A DNA stretch of 64,000 nucleotides from Heterodontus francisci (taxonomy: Eukaryota): positions 87,243,658 through 87,307,657 of the forward strand of contig NC_090380.1 of assembly GCF_036365525.1 (NCBI RefSeq), in the 5' to 3' direction. The translations under genes were made by a program, and so were the position numbers. Each line of letters begins with the position of its first letter. The first letter of the stretch is position 1. Positions 37,241 through 51,697 of this stretch are shown one piece after another. The notes beneath the pieces are model-generated. The model worked only from the letters and a program-made list of their open reading frames with translations. It did not search any database and was not told the origin of the DNA.

Positions 37241-38444
37241 ATGAACAGTGAGAGAGAGGCATTAATTTCTAGAATACAGTGTACACATTACAAAACTTCT
37301 TGAAATTTTGAATCTGCTAGGCATTAGGGCTTTGGTGTTTTTGTTTGGTCATGTACCCATGTATCAGGAAAGGTGGTTTTTTGAGTCGAGAGAAGATTAA
37401 GAGAGTACTTTGAGGCACATATAATTTTGTTACATTGCTTTAAAGCAATCAGGTAACTGAGAATATTTGAATTAGTAAAAAAAAAAAAATTTAAAACAGA
37501 ACCATTCATTCGTGATCCAAAAATTTGATTGGAATAATCTTCCAGACACATGAGGAAAGACAAAAATAATCATTTAAAATGGAGTGGATGCTAAACTGGG
37601 AAAGCTCGAATACTTGAGCGACAAGGCTTTGTTATGCAGAGGGACTTTTCTTCTTGATGGCACGTTATCAAATAAATGAAGAGCTGCAAGTATTGGTTTC
37701 CAGGGAGGGGGTTTAAAAAAAAAATGTAGTAATGTCACCTGAATATTTTCTGTCGGAAAACAAGTATTCCCCCCCCCACCACCCCAACAGTTTTTCCATA
37801 TACTGGAACACTCTGGTACACTTTCAGCATTTCTATAGGGATTCTTCGGTGCCGGTGGCACAGTACCAAAAACTGAAGTTCTTCTGGGAATTGCCTGTTA
37901 TTTCAATAATGAGCCAAGGAAAATTATGCATTACGTAGGAGAATCTCATTAGGGGAAAAATAAGAACAACTTGTGCTAAAGACCTACAGGGGATTTGTAT
38001 CCCCTTAATAGACATAAATTGAACATTTAAAATGTTCAGTAAGAAACCGCTCAAAGTACTACGTTAATGGCTAAAATATGATTGTGGTGATCACCACTTT
38101 TATTGTTTTGAGTATACAGAATTACTTATGCATTAATATATTATAGGAATTATATCCATATTCTATTGTTTATTTGATAATTGAAGTGTTGTATCATTAA
38201 GTTATTGCTTCATTTTACATCAACATGATTGGTGTAGCTAATTGTTTTTGAATTCTTCAATGTTACCAACTCAAATTACTACTACTTCAAGTGCAAATAA
38301 TGCTTCCAGTTTCACTTTGAGTGGATCTTCACTAACTTCCATCTATTCAACACTCTTTGGAGCGGTTTTTAGAAGCTTTTGTGGTGTAAACTGATATATA
38401 AAATATAGACTAGCATAATTAATATCCGATGGATAAATGCAACT

Positions 38445-40300
38445 GAGAACCAGGCTGAATATAGAAAATTTGGAGGGGAAATGAAGAGAGAATGAGACTG
38501 ACAGCTAACATAAAAGGGAATCCAAAAGTCTCTTTAGGCATATAAATAGTAAATGGCTGGTAAAAGGAAGAGTGGGTCTAATTAAGGGCCAAAAAGGGAA
38601 TGTATGCATGGAGACACGGTTGGGGGGTGGGGTGGGGAAGGGGCATAGCTGAGGTACTAAATGAGTACTTCGCATCTGTCTTTACCAAGGAAGAAGATAC
38701 TGCTTGAGTCATAATGAAGGAGGAGGTAGTTGAGACAGTGGATGGGCTAACAGTTGATAAAGAGGAGATATTGGATAGGTTGGCTGTGCTTAAAGTTGAC
38801 AAGTCAACAGGGCCAGATGAGATGTAACCAAACATACTGAGGGAAGTAAGGGTGGAAATTGCAGAGGCAGCGACCATAATCTTCCAATCCTCCTTAGATA
38901 ACAAGGGGTGCCAGAGGACTGGAGAATTGTAAATATTAGACCTTTGTTCAGAAAAGGGTGTAAGGATAAGCCCAGCAATTACAGGCCTGTCAGTTTAACT
39001 TCAATGTTGGGAAAGCTTTTGGAAATGATGATTTGGGACAAAATTAAATCACTTGGACAAATGTGGATTAATTAAGGAAAGCCAGCATGGATTTGTTGAG
39101 GGCAAATCATGTTTAACTAACTTGCTTGAGTTTTTTGATGAGGTAACAGAGGGTTGATGGGATGTACATGCCCAAAAGGCATTTGATAAAGTGCTTGTCA
39201 GCAAAAAAAAAGTTAGAGCCCATGGACTAAAAGGCACAGTAGCAGCAGCGATACAAAGATGGCTGAGTAACAGGAAACAGAGTAGTTGTCAACAGTTTTT
39301 TGGACTGGAGAAAGATATATAGTGGGGTTCCCCAGGGGTCAGTGTTAGGGCCACTGCTTTTCTTGATCTATATTAATGACTGAGACTTTGGTGTACAGGG
39401 CACAATTTCAAAATTTGCGGATGACGCAAAACTTGGAAGTATTATGAACCGTGAGGAGGTTAGTGATAAACTTCAAGAGGGTATAGGCTGGTGGAATGGG
39501 CAGACAAGCGATAAATGAAATTTAAAGCAGAGAAGTGTGAAGGGATTCATTTTGGTAGGAAGAATGAGGAGAGCCGATATAAAATAATGGGTACAATTCT
39601 AAAGGGGGTGCAGGAGCAGAGGATCCTGGGGATATATGTGCACAAATCATTGAAGATGGCAGGGCAGGTTGAGAAAGCATACAGGATCCTGGGCTTTATA
39701 AATAGGGGGATAGCGTACAAAAGCAAATAAGTTATGGTGAACCTATATAAAACCCTGGTTTGGCCTCAGCTGGAGTTTTGTGTCCAGTTCTGGGTACCAC
39801 ACTTTAGGAAGCATGTGAAGGCATTAGAGAGGGTGCAGAAGATTCGTGAGAATGGTTCTTGTGATTAGGAACTTCAGTTACCTGGATAGATTAGAGAAGC
39901 AGGGTCAGTTCTCCTTGGAGGAGATTGAGGAGTTTTAATAGAGGTTTTCAAATCGTGTAGGGTTTTGACAGAGTAGACAGGGAGAAACTGTTCACATTGG
40001 CGAGTAGTCGAGAATCATTTGACACCTACTTAAGGTGATTGGCAAATGAAGCAATAGCGACGTGAGAAAAAGTTTTTTTACACATTTGAGTGGTTAGGAT
40101 CTGGAGTGCACTGCCTGAGATTGTGGTGGAAGCAGATTCAAATTGAGGCCTTCAAAAGAGAATTGTATAATTATCTGAAGTGCCAAAATTTGCAGGGCTA
40201 TGGGGAAAAGGTGGGGCAGAGGGACGAGATGAGTTTTTTTTTTTGCAGAGAGCCGGCAGAGACTTTACAGGCCAAATGGCCTCCTGTAACCATTCTATGA
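38445..40300 (+). mobile_element. Degraded CR1 LINE, ORF2 3' half
   Basis: Remnants of [38 protein letters not shown] and KFKAEKCEGIHFGRKN; tail cattctatga. Confidence 0.9.
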
Positions 40301-41383
40301 TTTTTAAGTAGATCTGTTCATCCACAGCTTACCACTCTATTTGTAGAGTTTGCTATTTTAGATTATATTTCTTTTCAAAGGTATACTACTTCATATTTAT
40401 CTTTCTTGAACTACTTTTGCTGATACCTGCCCAGTCTTCTAATCTGTCACTCATTTTGCATTCTTCTATCTGCCATGCCCCTTCCTTCCAATTTGGGGAT
40501 GTCAGCAAATTTTGATATTAGTTCCTCATGCTCATGCCCAAATAATTTAATGAGAGGTCTCAGCACATCTCCGGGGCAACAACATCTTGTCAGTCTCATT
40601 AACTCTCTCAGTTTTATTTTTATCTTTCATGCAGCCCTATACTTGCTGCCACATTCTCTTTAATGGCAAGGTCTTAATTTTGAAGCCATTGTCTAATGTG
40701 GCACTACATCATAATAAAATCATAGAATAGTTACAGCCAGAAGGAGGCCATTCGGCCCATAACGTCTCTACCAGCTCAGAGTTACTGCAGCTCGTCCCAC
40801 TCCTGCCTTTTCCTCATAGCGCTGTAATTTGTTTTGATTGAGTTAATTATCCAATTCCCTTTTGAAAATCACAATTGAATCTGCCTCCACCACACTCTCA
40901 GGCAGTGAGTTCCAGATCACACATTCCCTTTGTCAGTGAGTAATTTTTTTAAAGCATTCATCTAGTTAAACCAATTTGATCAGTCCTTGATTTTCTGATT
41001 GCATCTCATAGCATTAATGAGCAATGCCAAATTCTTATATTTCTATTAAAACCCTCAATGAAGTTTTTGCCACTGATGACCTTTTTGATTAAGTGTTCTC
41101 CTTTCATGTTTTATGCTGTATAGACTTGACAAGTGATGTTGTGAATATATCACTAAAGTGGTTAAAAGAAATTGAATAGAGACAAAATAATTTGTTGCAA
41201 GTCTGTGCTTAATGCTAAAGAGTACCTTATTCATCCACAGGTTAATTTTATATTGGGCATTCTTTTGAGACATGTCATTTTAAAACCTTTGCTAATGAAA
41301 TAGCTGAAGACCATTTATATTTTTTCTGATCATTTATAAATGCTGACACAACTTTTAACCTTTTTAATTTGGTGTCCAAACAG

Positions 41384-41489
41384 TTCTGAAAATTCTGTTC
41401 TTCTACACAACGATCCTGCAGCTGCCCAAATGGATAGGCGTAGGGGATCAACTCAACCTGCTGGCCAGGATGAACCGGGTACTTTGAAG
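41384..41489 (+). CDS. Candidate first coding exon of the plus-strand gene starting at about 23.7 kb (SENP7?)
   Basis: Pyrimidine-rich tract then cag at 41381-41383. ATG in good context (caaATGG) at 41430 gives MDRRRGSTQPAGQDEPGTLK. Donor AAG/gtacca at 41490. Lies in non-repeat sequence; human SENP7 begins MDKRK as recalled. Confidence 0.4.
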
Positions 41490-41776
41490 GTACCAAGTTC
41501 AACTTTATTGTTGGGTCTACAAAATAGATTTTACTGTTAACTGTTTTTCTTGTATGGTTTTCTGGTGAAGGCAATGAATGATTACAGAATGCATTCATTC
41601 TTTGTGCTGTTGAAATGCCAGTTGTTCACCATAATTCCAAGTCTCAGTTGATATTCATTTTAGAGGGTTATGGAGTTGATATTTGTAACTGACTGACTGA
41701 ATTGGCTTGCATTGTGTCTGCAGTATTTCTGTACTGATAACCAATTGGAAAAATAATTTGACCTGAAGTTTTTTTT

Positions 41777-44700
41777 TTAGAATTAGAACATTACAGCGCA
41801 GTACAGGCCCTTCGGCCCTCGATGTTGCGCCGACCTGTGAAACCATCTGACCTACACTATTCCATTTTCATCCATATGTCTATCCAATGACCACTTAAAT
41901 GCCCTTAAAGTTGGCGAGTCTACTACTGCTGCAGGCAGGGCGTTCCACGCCCCTACTACTCTGCGTAAAGAAACTACCTCTGACATCTGTCCTATATCTT
42001 TCACCCCTCAACTTAAAGCTATGTCCCCTCGTGTTTGCCATCCTCATCCGAGGAAAAAGACTCTCACTATCCACCCTATCTAACCCTCTGATTATCTTGT
42101 ATGTCTCTATTAAGTCACCTCTCTTCCTCCTTCTCTCTAACGAAAACAACCCCAAGTCCCTCAGCCTTTCCTCGTAAGACCTTCCTTCCATACCAGGCAA
42201 CATCCTAGTAAATCTCCTCTGCACCCTTTCCAAAGCTTCCACATCCTTCCTATAATGCGGTGACCAGAACTGCACGCAATACTCAAGGTGCGGCCTCACC
42301 AGAGTTTTGTACAGCTGCATCATGACCTCGTGGCTCCGAAACTCGATCCCCCTACTAATAAAAGCTAACACACCATATGCCTTCTTAACAGCCCTATTTA
42401 CCTGGGTAGCAACTTTCAGGGATTTATGCACCTGGACACCAAGATCTCTCTGCTCATCTACACTACCAAGAATCTTCCCATTAGCCCAGTACTCTGCATT
42501 GCTGTTACTCCTTCCAAAGTGAATCACCTCACACTTCTCCGCATTAAACTCCATTTGCCATCTCTCAGCCCAGCTCTGCAGCCTATCTATGTCCCTCTGT
42601 ACCCTACAACATCCTTCGGCACTATCCACAACTCCACTGACCTTAGTGTCATCCGCAAATTTACTAACCCACCCTTCTACACCCTCTTCCAGGTCATTTA
42701 TAAAAATGACAAACAGCAGTGGCCCCAAAACAGATCCTTGCGGTACACCACTAGTAACTAAACTCCAGGATGAACATTTGCCATCAACCACCACCCTCTG
42801 TCTTCTTTCAGCTAGCCAATTTCTGATCCAAAGCTCTAAATCACCTTCAACCCCATACTTCCGTATTTTCTGCAATAGCCTACCGTGGGGAACCTTATCA
42901 AACGCCTTACTGAAATCCATATACACCACATCCACTGCTTTACCCTCATCCACCTGTTTGGTCACCTTCTCGAAAAACTCAATAAGGTTTGTGAGGCACG
43001 ACCTACCCGTCACAAAACCGTGCTGACTATCGCTAATGAACTTATTCTTTTCAAGATGATTATAAATCCTGTCTCTTATAACCTTTTCCAACATTTTACC
43101 CACAACCGAAGTAAGGCTCACAGGTCTATAATTACCAGGGCTGTCTCTACTCCCCTTCTTGAACAAGGGGACAACATTTGCTATCCTCCAGTCTTCCGGC
43201 ACTATTCCTGTCGACAATGACGACATAAAGATCAAGGACAAAGGCTCTCCCTTTAGATCCTTCCTGGCTAGCTTGTAACTCTCAAGCGCCCTAACTGAAC
43301 CTTCACGTCTTATCCTAACTTCTTCCTCTTGACAAGCGCTTCAACTTCTTTGGTAAACCACGGCTCCCTCGCTCGACAACTTCCTCCCTGCCTGACAGGT
43401 ACATACTTATCAAGGACACGCAGTAGCTGCTCCTTGAATAAGCTCCACATTTCGATTGTTCCCATCCCCTGCAGTTTCCTTCCCCATCCTACGCATCCTA
43501 AATCTTGCCTAATCGCATCATAATTTTCTTTCCCCCAGCTATAATTCTTGCCCTGCGGTATATACCTGTCCCTGCCCATCGCTAAGGTAAACCTAACCGA
43601 ATTGTGATCACTATCACCAAAGTGCTCACCTACATCTAAATCTAACACCTGGCCGGGTTCATTACCCAGTACCAAATCCAGTGTGGCATCGCCCCTGGTT
43701 GGCCTGTCTACATACTGTCAGAAAACCCTCCTGCACACACTGGACAAAAACTGACCCATCTAAAGTACTCGAACTATAGTATTTCCAGTCAATATTTGGA
43801 AAGTTAAAGTCCCCCATAACAACTACCCTGTTACTCTCGCCCCTGTCGAGAATCATCTTCGCTATCCTTTCCTCTACATCTCTGGAACTATTCGGAGGTC
43901 TATAAAAGACTCCCAACAGGGTGACCTCAGCTCTCCTGTTTCTAACCTCGGCCCATACTACCTCAGTAGACGAGTCCTCAAACGTCCTTTCTGTCGCTGT
44001 AATACTCTCCTTGATTAACAATGCCACACCACCCCCCCCTCTTTTACCATCTTCTCTGTTCTTACTGAAACATCTAAATCCCGGAACCCGCAACATCCAT
44101 TCCTGTCCCTGCTCTACCCATGTCTCCGAAATGGCCACTACATCGAGATCCCAGGTACCAACCCATGCTGCAAGCTCACCCACCTTATTCCGGATGCTCC
44201 TGGCGTTGAAGTAGACACACTTTAAACCAGGTTCTTGCTTGCCAGTGCCCTCTTGTGTCCTTGTAACCTTATCCCTGACCTCACTACTCTCAACATCCTG
44301 TACACTGGAACTACAATTTAGGTTCCCATTCCCCTGCTGAATTAGTTTAAACCCCCCCCCCCCCCCCCCCCGAAGAGCACTAGCAAATCTCACCCCCCCA
44401 GGATATTGGTACCCCTCTGGTTCAGGTGAAGACCATCCTGTTTGTAGAGGTCCCACCTACCCCAGAAAGAGCCCCAATTATCCAGGAAACCAAAACCCTC
44501 CCTCCTGCACCATCCCTGCAGCCACGTGTTCAACTCCTCTCTCTCCCTATTCCTCGCTTCGCTATCGCGTGGCACGGGCAACAACCCAGAGGTAACAACT
44601 CTCTTTGTTCTCGCTCTAAGCTTCCACCCTAGCTCCCTGAATTTCTGTCTTAAATCCCCATCTCTCTTCCTACCTATGTCGTTGGTGCCTATGTGGACCA

Positions 44701-45600
44701 CGACTTGGGGCTGCTCCCCCTCCCCCCTAAGGATCCCAGAAACACGATCCGAGACATCACGAACCCTGGCACCTGGGAGGCAACACACCTCGTTCCCACA
44801 GAACCTCCTATCTGTTCCCCTAACTATGGAGTCCCCAATGACTAATGCTCGGCTCCTCTTCCCCCTTCCCTTCTGAGCAACAGGGACAGACTCTGTGCCA
44901 GATACCTGTACCCCATTGCTTACCCCTGGTAAGTCGTCCCCCGCAACAGTATCCAAAACGGTATACCTGTTGGTGAGGGAAACTGCCACAGGGGATCCCT
45001 GCACTGCCTGCTGGTTCCCCCTCCTTCCCCTGACGGTAACCCATCTACCTACTTCTTTTACCTGAGGTGTGACTACCTCCCCATAACTCCTCTCAATAAC
45101 CCCCTCTGCCTCCCGAATGATCCGAAGTTCCTCCAGCTCCAGTTCCCTAACGCGGTTCTCGAGGAGCTGGAGTTGGGTGCACTTCCCGCAGATGCAGTCA
45201 GCAGGGACACTCTTGGCGACCCTTACCTCCCACATTCTGCAGGAGGAACATACAACTGCCTTAACTTCCATTCCCACTATTCTAAATTCCCAACAAATCT
45301 ACTGAAAAACCAAAAAAAAAAAGTCAAAACTTGTTAGGTTAGCAATCCAACGGACAGAACTTTTTAAATAAAAAGCTTACCTTATCAACACACCAGAGTC
45401 CTTTTTTTTGGTTAGAGGAGGAGGGTGGGTGGGAGACACTACATGTGTAGTGTCTCGGGTACAGCCACCACCCAAGTATATAGTTTTTACTTACCCAGCA
45501 GTCCCCTGGTCCTCCGAAAACAAAAGGGAATTAACTTTTAACTTACACTGAAATTGACTTCCCAGCTGCAAGTTCGCTCCGCACCTCCGCTACTGTCAAA
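41777..45600 (-). mobile_element. Near full-length young CR1 LINE: ORF1 (Zn finger, coiled coil, SGNH esterase) and ORF2 (APE-RT) with frameshifts and an internal deletion near 43250
   Basis: ORF1 44390-45277 (CSSC..CICGKC, GDS, VHIGTND, DGLHLN). APE at 43310-44456 (YFNARSI, ISETW, YRPP, GDFN, SDHN). RT at 41895-43241. (ttctaa)n tail. Confidence 0.95.
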
Positions 45601-45929
45601 GCTGCTGCCACCAAAACTAAAAGTTTCTGTTCGGTTTCACTGTTTGCTTTTAAGCGCGCTGTCTAAAATTGACCAAACCAGTGGAAAATATCAAGGAACT
45701 TCAAGTGCAAATTACATCCAGCACAAATTGTTCTTGCCATCTTTTGTACTAGTTTAAAAAGCATGGTGCTGGAAGCCAGCCCTGCCTATAGAACGGGCCA
45801 CACCCCAGATTGAATTAATCACCAAGGTGAGTTTCTGCTAATTGCAATCATTTGTGGGCCTTTGAGGAGGCTCTTGGAATTAAGCTGTTTTCCTTTAAGG
45901 TGCATAGGCACTAATAGGCACCTTTTCAG

Positions 45930-48900
45930 TAATAGGTTTTGGAAAAAAACGTCAACAGTGATATCACAGGAAAGCTGCAAGGTGATTGGTTGGTGAGTAA
46001 CAGCTGTTGGGAAATAACTCGAAATAGCTCCAAGTAACTGAAGTAAAGAGAAAGGCCTACAGTTCTTTTTCATATAGAAGGTAGTTTTTTTTTTTAGGCA
46101 GTCTAGGTTCCTTGTGTAAATCTAATTTTTGGGCATTTTAAGCGAGTAAAAACAGTTTAAAATAAAACAGTGATGTCACAGGAAAACTATAAGTTCATTG
46201 GTAAGTAACTGCAAATTTGAATTACCAATTCTAAGTTGATTTCAGATTAGAGGTGAATAGGAGAAATATTTTACAGATTAAAAACTAAAGACCAGTCGGA
46301 AATTTAAAAAACAAATTAAAATCTAATTAAATAAAAGAGATGCAGGGCCAGGCAATGTGTTGCACCTGCATGATGTGGGAGCTGGAGGACCTCATTGTGG
46401 TTCCTAGTGACCACATCTGTAGCAAGTGTTAGCTGCTCGAGGAACTCCGGCTCGGAGTTGATGAGCTGGAGTCTGAGCTTCAGACACAGCGACCCATCGG
46501 GGAGGGGGAAAGTTACCTGGACGCTGCGTTTCAGGGGGCAGTCACACCCCTTAGATTAACTACCTTGAATTTGGCCAGTGGTCAGGGACAGGAGGGTGTG
46601 ACTGAGTGAGGCAGGTAGAGGGATCCAGGAGGTAGTGTTGCAGGAGCCTCAGCCCTTGTCCTTGTCCAACAGGTTCGAGATTCTTGCTCCCTTTGTGGAC
46701 CAGAGCAGGGACTGTAGGGCGGATGAGCAAACTGACCATAGCACCGTGGTACAGGGAGCCATTCAAATGGGGGGGAGAAAAGAGAAATGTAGTCGTAATC
46801 GGGGATAGTATAGTTAGGGGCATAAACACTGTTTTCTGTGGCCAGGATCGAGACTCGCGAAGGCTGTGTTGTCTACCTAGTACCAGGGTTCAGGATATCT
46901 CATCTGGACTGCAGAGGAACTTGGAGTGGGAAGGGAAAGATCCAGTTGTTGTCCACATAGGTACTAACAATATAGGTAGAACGAGGATAGCGATTCTGCT
47001 GAGGGAATATGAGCAGAACCAAAAAACCACGAGCTAATTGGCACAGGGTCAATAAGATTAAAGAGGTAAATGCGTGGCTCAAAGATTGGTCTGGGAGTAA
47101 TGGGTTCGAATTCATGGGACATTGGCACCAGTACTGGGGAAGGAGGGAGCTGTTCCGATGGGACGAGCTGCACCTTAATCATGCTGGGACCTGATTCCTG
47201 GCGAATCGCATTACTAGGGCTGTAGGTAGGGCTTTAAACTAAATAGTGGGTGGTTGGGGGGGGGGGGGGGGAAGGGGGAGGTGGGGGTGTTCAGTTGCAT
47301 GGAAAATTAGGAAGTCAGAGTTCAGGTTAGTGATGAGGCTGATTGTTAACAGAAAATAAAAGGTAGGGACAGAACGTGTGAGCGTCCTATTGCACCAAGG
47401 AATTGTACAAGAGTAGGGAAATTTGATAATAGAACAAACGTAAAGGCTTTGTATCTGAATGCACAAAGCATTCTGAGTAAAATTGAGTTAACAGCGCAAA
47501 TAGAGATGAATGGGTATGATTTAGTTGCGATTACGGAGATGTGGTTGCAGGGAAACCAGGTTTGGGAATTGAATATCCAAGGGTATTCAGTATTTCGGAA
47601 GGATAGGTAGGAAGGTAAAGGAGGTGGTATAGCTTTCTTAGTAAAGGAAGAGATCGGTGCTGTAGTGAGAAATGACATAGGCACTGGAGATCAAGATGTC
47701 GAATCAGTCTGGGTAGGAATAAGAAATAGCAAAGGAAAGAAGTCCCTGGTGGGAGTAAGCTACAGGTCCCCAAACAGTAGTTCTGCAGTGGGGCACAGTA
47801 TTATCCAGGAAATACTGGGGGCTTGTAAAAAAGGTACGGCAATAATCATGGGTGATTTTAATATGCATATAGACTGGATTAATCATATTGGCAAGGGTAG
47901 CCTCGGGGGAGAGTTTATTGAATGTATTAGCAATTGTTTTTTGGAGAAATATGTTGTGGAACCAACCAGGGAGCAGGCTATTCTAGATGTGGTATTGTAC
48001 AATGAGGTGGGATTAATTAATCTCATAGTTAAGGATCCTCGAGGGAAGAGTGATCATAGCATGCTAGAATTTCAAATTCAGTTTGAGGGCGAGAAACTGG
48101 AGTCCCACACGAGCATTCTGGAGTTAAACAAAGATAATTACATAGGCATGAGGCAGATTTGGCCCTAGTGGACTGGGCAGGAAGACTAAAAGGTAGGACA
48201 GTTGATGAGTAGTGGTAGATATTTAAGGAGATATTCAATTCTTCCCAACTAAAATATATTCCAGAGAGGAAGAAAGATTGTAAGAGGGGGAAAAACATCT
48301 ATGGCTAAGCAAGGAAGTTCTTCCTTCTTCTTCTTTGGCCTCCTTGTCTGGAGAGACAATGCGTAAGCGCCTGGAGGTGGTCAGTGGTTTGTGAAGCAGC
48401 GCCTGGAGTGGCTATAAAGGTCAATTCTAGAGTGACAGACTCTTCCACAGGTGCTGCAGATAAAATTGGTTGTCAGGGCTGTTACACAGTTGGCTCTCCC
48501 CTTGCGCTTCTGTCTTTTTTCCTGCCAACTGCTAAGTCTCTTCGATTTGCCACAATTTAGCCCAGCCTTCATGGCTGCCCGCCAGCTCTGGCGATCACTG
48601 GCAACTGACTCCCACGACTTGTGATCAATGTTACAGGACTTCATGTCGCATTTGCAGACATCTTTAAAGCAGGGACATGGACGGCCGGTGGGTCTCATAC
48701 TAGTGAGGAGCTCGCTGTACAATGTGTCCTTGGGGATCCTGCCATCTTCCATGCGGCTCACATGGCCAAGCCATCTCAAGCGCCCCTGGCTCAGTAGGGT
48801 GTATATGTTGGCCACCTCGAGGACTTCTGTGTTGGAGATATGGTCCTGCCACCTGATACCAAGGACTCTCTGGAGGCAGCGAAGATGGAATGAATTGAGA

Positions 48901-51697
48901 CGTCACTCTTGGCTGACATACGTTGTCCAGGCCTCGCTGCCGTAGAGCAAGGTACTGAGGACACCGGCTTGATAAGCTCGGACTTTTGTGTTCTGTGTCA
49001 CTGCGCCCTTTTCCCATACCCTCTTGGCCAGTCTGAACAGAGCAGTGGAAGCCTTTCCCATGTGCTTGTATATTTCTGCATCGAGAGAGAGGTTACTGGT
49101 GATAGTTGAGCCTAGGTAGGTGAACTCTTGAACCACTTCCAGAGTGTGGTCGCCGATATAGATGGATGGAGCATTTCTGATGTCCTGTCCCATGATCGTT
49201 TTCTTGATGCTGATGGTTAGGCCAAATTCGTAGCAGGCAGCTGCAATCCTGTCGATGAGTCTCTGCAGACGCTCTTCAGTGTAAGATGTTAATGCAGCAT
49301 CGTCCGCAAAGAGGAGTTCCCTGATGAGGACTTTCCGTCCTTTGGCCTTTGCTCTTGTATGCCTTTCATATTGTCATGGAATGAGGTGATGATACTTAGT
49401 AGCTTTGGTGGACATCCGATCTTTGCTAGTAGTCTGAAGAGACCACGTCTGCTGACGAGGTCAAAGGCTTTGGTGAGATCAATGAAAGCAACGTAGAGGG
49501 GCATCTGTTGTTCACGGCATTTCTCCTGTAGTTGGTGAAGGAAGAACAGCATGTCAGTGGTGGATCTCTCTGCTCGAAAGTAACACAGTGCCTCAGGGTA
49601 GACACGCTCAGCTAGCTTCTGGAGCCTGTTCAAAGCGACTTGAGCGAAGACTTTCCCCACTATGCTGAGCAGGGAAATTCCACGGTAGTTAAGGATAACG
49701 TAAAGACAAAAACTAAGGCATGCCATATTGCAAACGCCAGTGGCAGGCTGGAAGATTGGGAAACTTTTTTAAAGATCAACAAAGGGTTACTAAAAAAAGT
49801 AATAAAAAGAGAAGAGGTAAATTATGAAAGAAAACTAGCGCAAAATATAAAAACGGAAAGCAAAAGCTTCTGTAGTTATATAAAAGGGAAGAGAGTAGCT
49901 AAAGTGAATGTTGCTCCCTTGGAGGATGAGACTGGGGAGTTAATAGAGGGGAACACAGAAATGGCGGAGACACTAAATCAGTGTTTTGCCTCAGTTTTCA
50001 CAGTGGAAGACATTAGTACCATCCCAATAGTAACAGGTAATGCAGACGTTATAGAAAGGGAGGAACTTGGAACAATCATCATCACTAGAGGAAAAAGTGC
50101 TGATCAAACAATTGGGATTGAAGGCCGACAAGTCCCCAGGGCCTGATGGCCTACATCCTAGGGTCTCAAAGGAAGTGGCAGCGGAGATAGTGGATCCATT
50201 GGTTATAATATTCCAAAATTCCCTAGATGCTGGGAAGGTTGCAGTGGATTGGAAAAAAGCTAATATAATGCCCTTATTCAAAAAGGGAGGCAGAAAGTAG
50301 GAAACTGTAGACCAGTTAGTTTAACATCTGTAGTTGGGAAATTGTTAGAATCCATTATTAAGGAAGTAATAACAGGACATTTAGAAAGTCAAAATGCAAT
50401 CCATCAGAGTCAGCATGGTTTTATGAAGGGTAAATTGTGTTTGACTAATTTGCTAGAGCTCTTCGAAGATGTAACAAGTAAAGTAGATAATGGGGATCCT
50501 GTAGATATAGTATATCTGGTCTTCCAGAAGACATTTGATAAGGTGCCGCATAAAAGGTTAATACACAAAGTAAGGTCACATGGGGTTAAGGGCAATTTAT
50601 TAGCTTGGATAGAGGATTGGCTAACCAACAGAAAAGAGAGAGTTGGGATAAATGGGTCAATTTCTGGTTGGCAAGATGTAACTAATGGGGTGCCACAGGG
50701 TTCGGTCCTCAGGGGCCCAACTATTTACAGTCTATATTAATGACTTGGATGCAGGGATAGAAGGTACTATAGCCAAATTTGCAGATGACACTAAAATAGG
50801 TGGGATAGTAAGTTGCAGTAAAGAAATAAGAAATTTACAAATGGATATGGATACGTTAGGTGAATGGGCCAAAATTTGGCAGATGGAGTTCAACGTGGAT
50901 AAGTGAGGTTATCCATTTTGGTCGGAAGAATAGAAAGGCAATTATTATCTAAATGGAGAGAAACTTCAGAGTGCTTCGTTTCAGAGGGATCTGGGTGTCC
51001 TCGTGCTTGAATCGCAGTAAACCAGTATGCAGGTGCAGCAGGTAATAAGGAACGTAAATGGAATTTTGTCAATTATTGCTAAAGGAATAGAGTATAAAGG
51101 TAGGGAAGTGTTGCAACTTTACAAGGCATTGGTGAGACCGCACCTGGACTATCGCGTACGGTTTTGGTCCCCTTACCTGAGGAGGGATGTAGTTGCATTG
51201 GAGGCAGTTTAGAGGAGGTTCATTAGATTAATTCAAGAGATGAGGGGTTTGTCTTGTGAAGAGAGTTTGAGCAGTTTAGGCCTTTACTCTCTCTCGAGTT
51301 TATAAGAATGAGAGTAGATCTAATTGAGGTACATAAGATGATTAAGGGGACTGACAAAGTAGACGTAGAGAGGATGTTTCCTCTGGTGGGGCAATCTAGA
51401 ACGGGAGGTCATAGTTTTAGGATAAGGGGTAGCAGATTTAAAACAGCGATGAGGAGAAAGCACGTCTCTCAAAGGGTCATGAGCCTGTGGAATTCCCTAC
51501 CCCAGAGTGCAGTGGATGCCGGGACACAGTAAATTTAAGGAGGAGATAGACAGATTTTTAATTAGTGATGGGTTATGGAAAATGGGCAGGAAAGTGGAGT
51601 TGAGGCCGAGATGAGAACAGCCATGATCGTATTGAATGGCGGAGCAGCCTGGAGGGGCTGAACTGCCTACTCCTGCTCCTAGTTTTTATATTCTTAT
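45930..51697 (+). mobile_element. Full-length degraded CR1 LINE interrupted by an RTE insertion
   Basis: ORF1 remnants at 46340-47240 (Cys knuckle, VVIGDSIVRG, VHIGTNN, DELHLN). APE 47665-48168 and RT 50067-51532. 3' tail cctactcctgctcctagtttttatattcttatg. Confidence 0.92.
48320..49686 (-). mobile_element. RTE-clade (BovB-like) LINE, 5'-truncated and internally deleted
   Basis: NYRGISLLSIVGK, AFIDLTKAFDLVSR, FTYLGS, LLYGSEAW, RLRWLGHVSRM, C-terminal CSTCGRVCHSRIDLYSH finger and (GAA)n tail. Junction duplication agtt at 48316-48319 and 49687-49690. Central RT is missing at about 49355. Confidence 0.9.
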
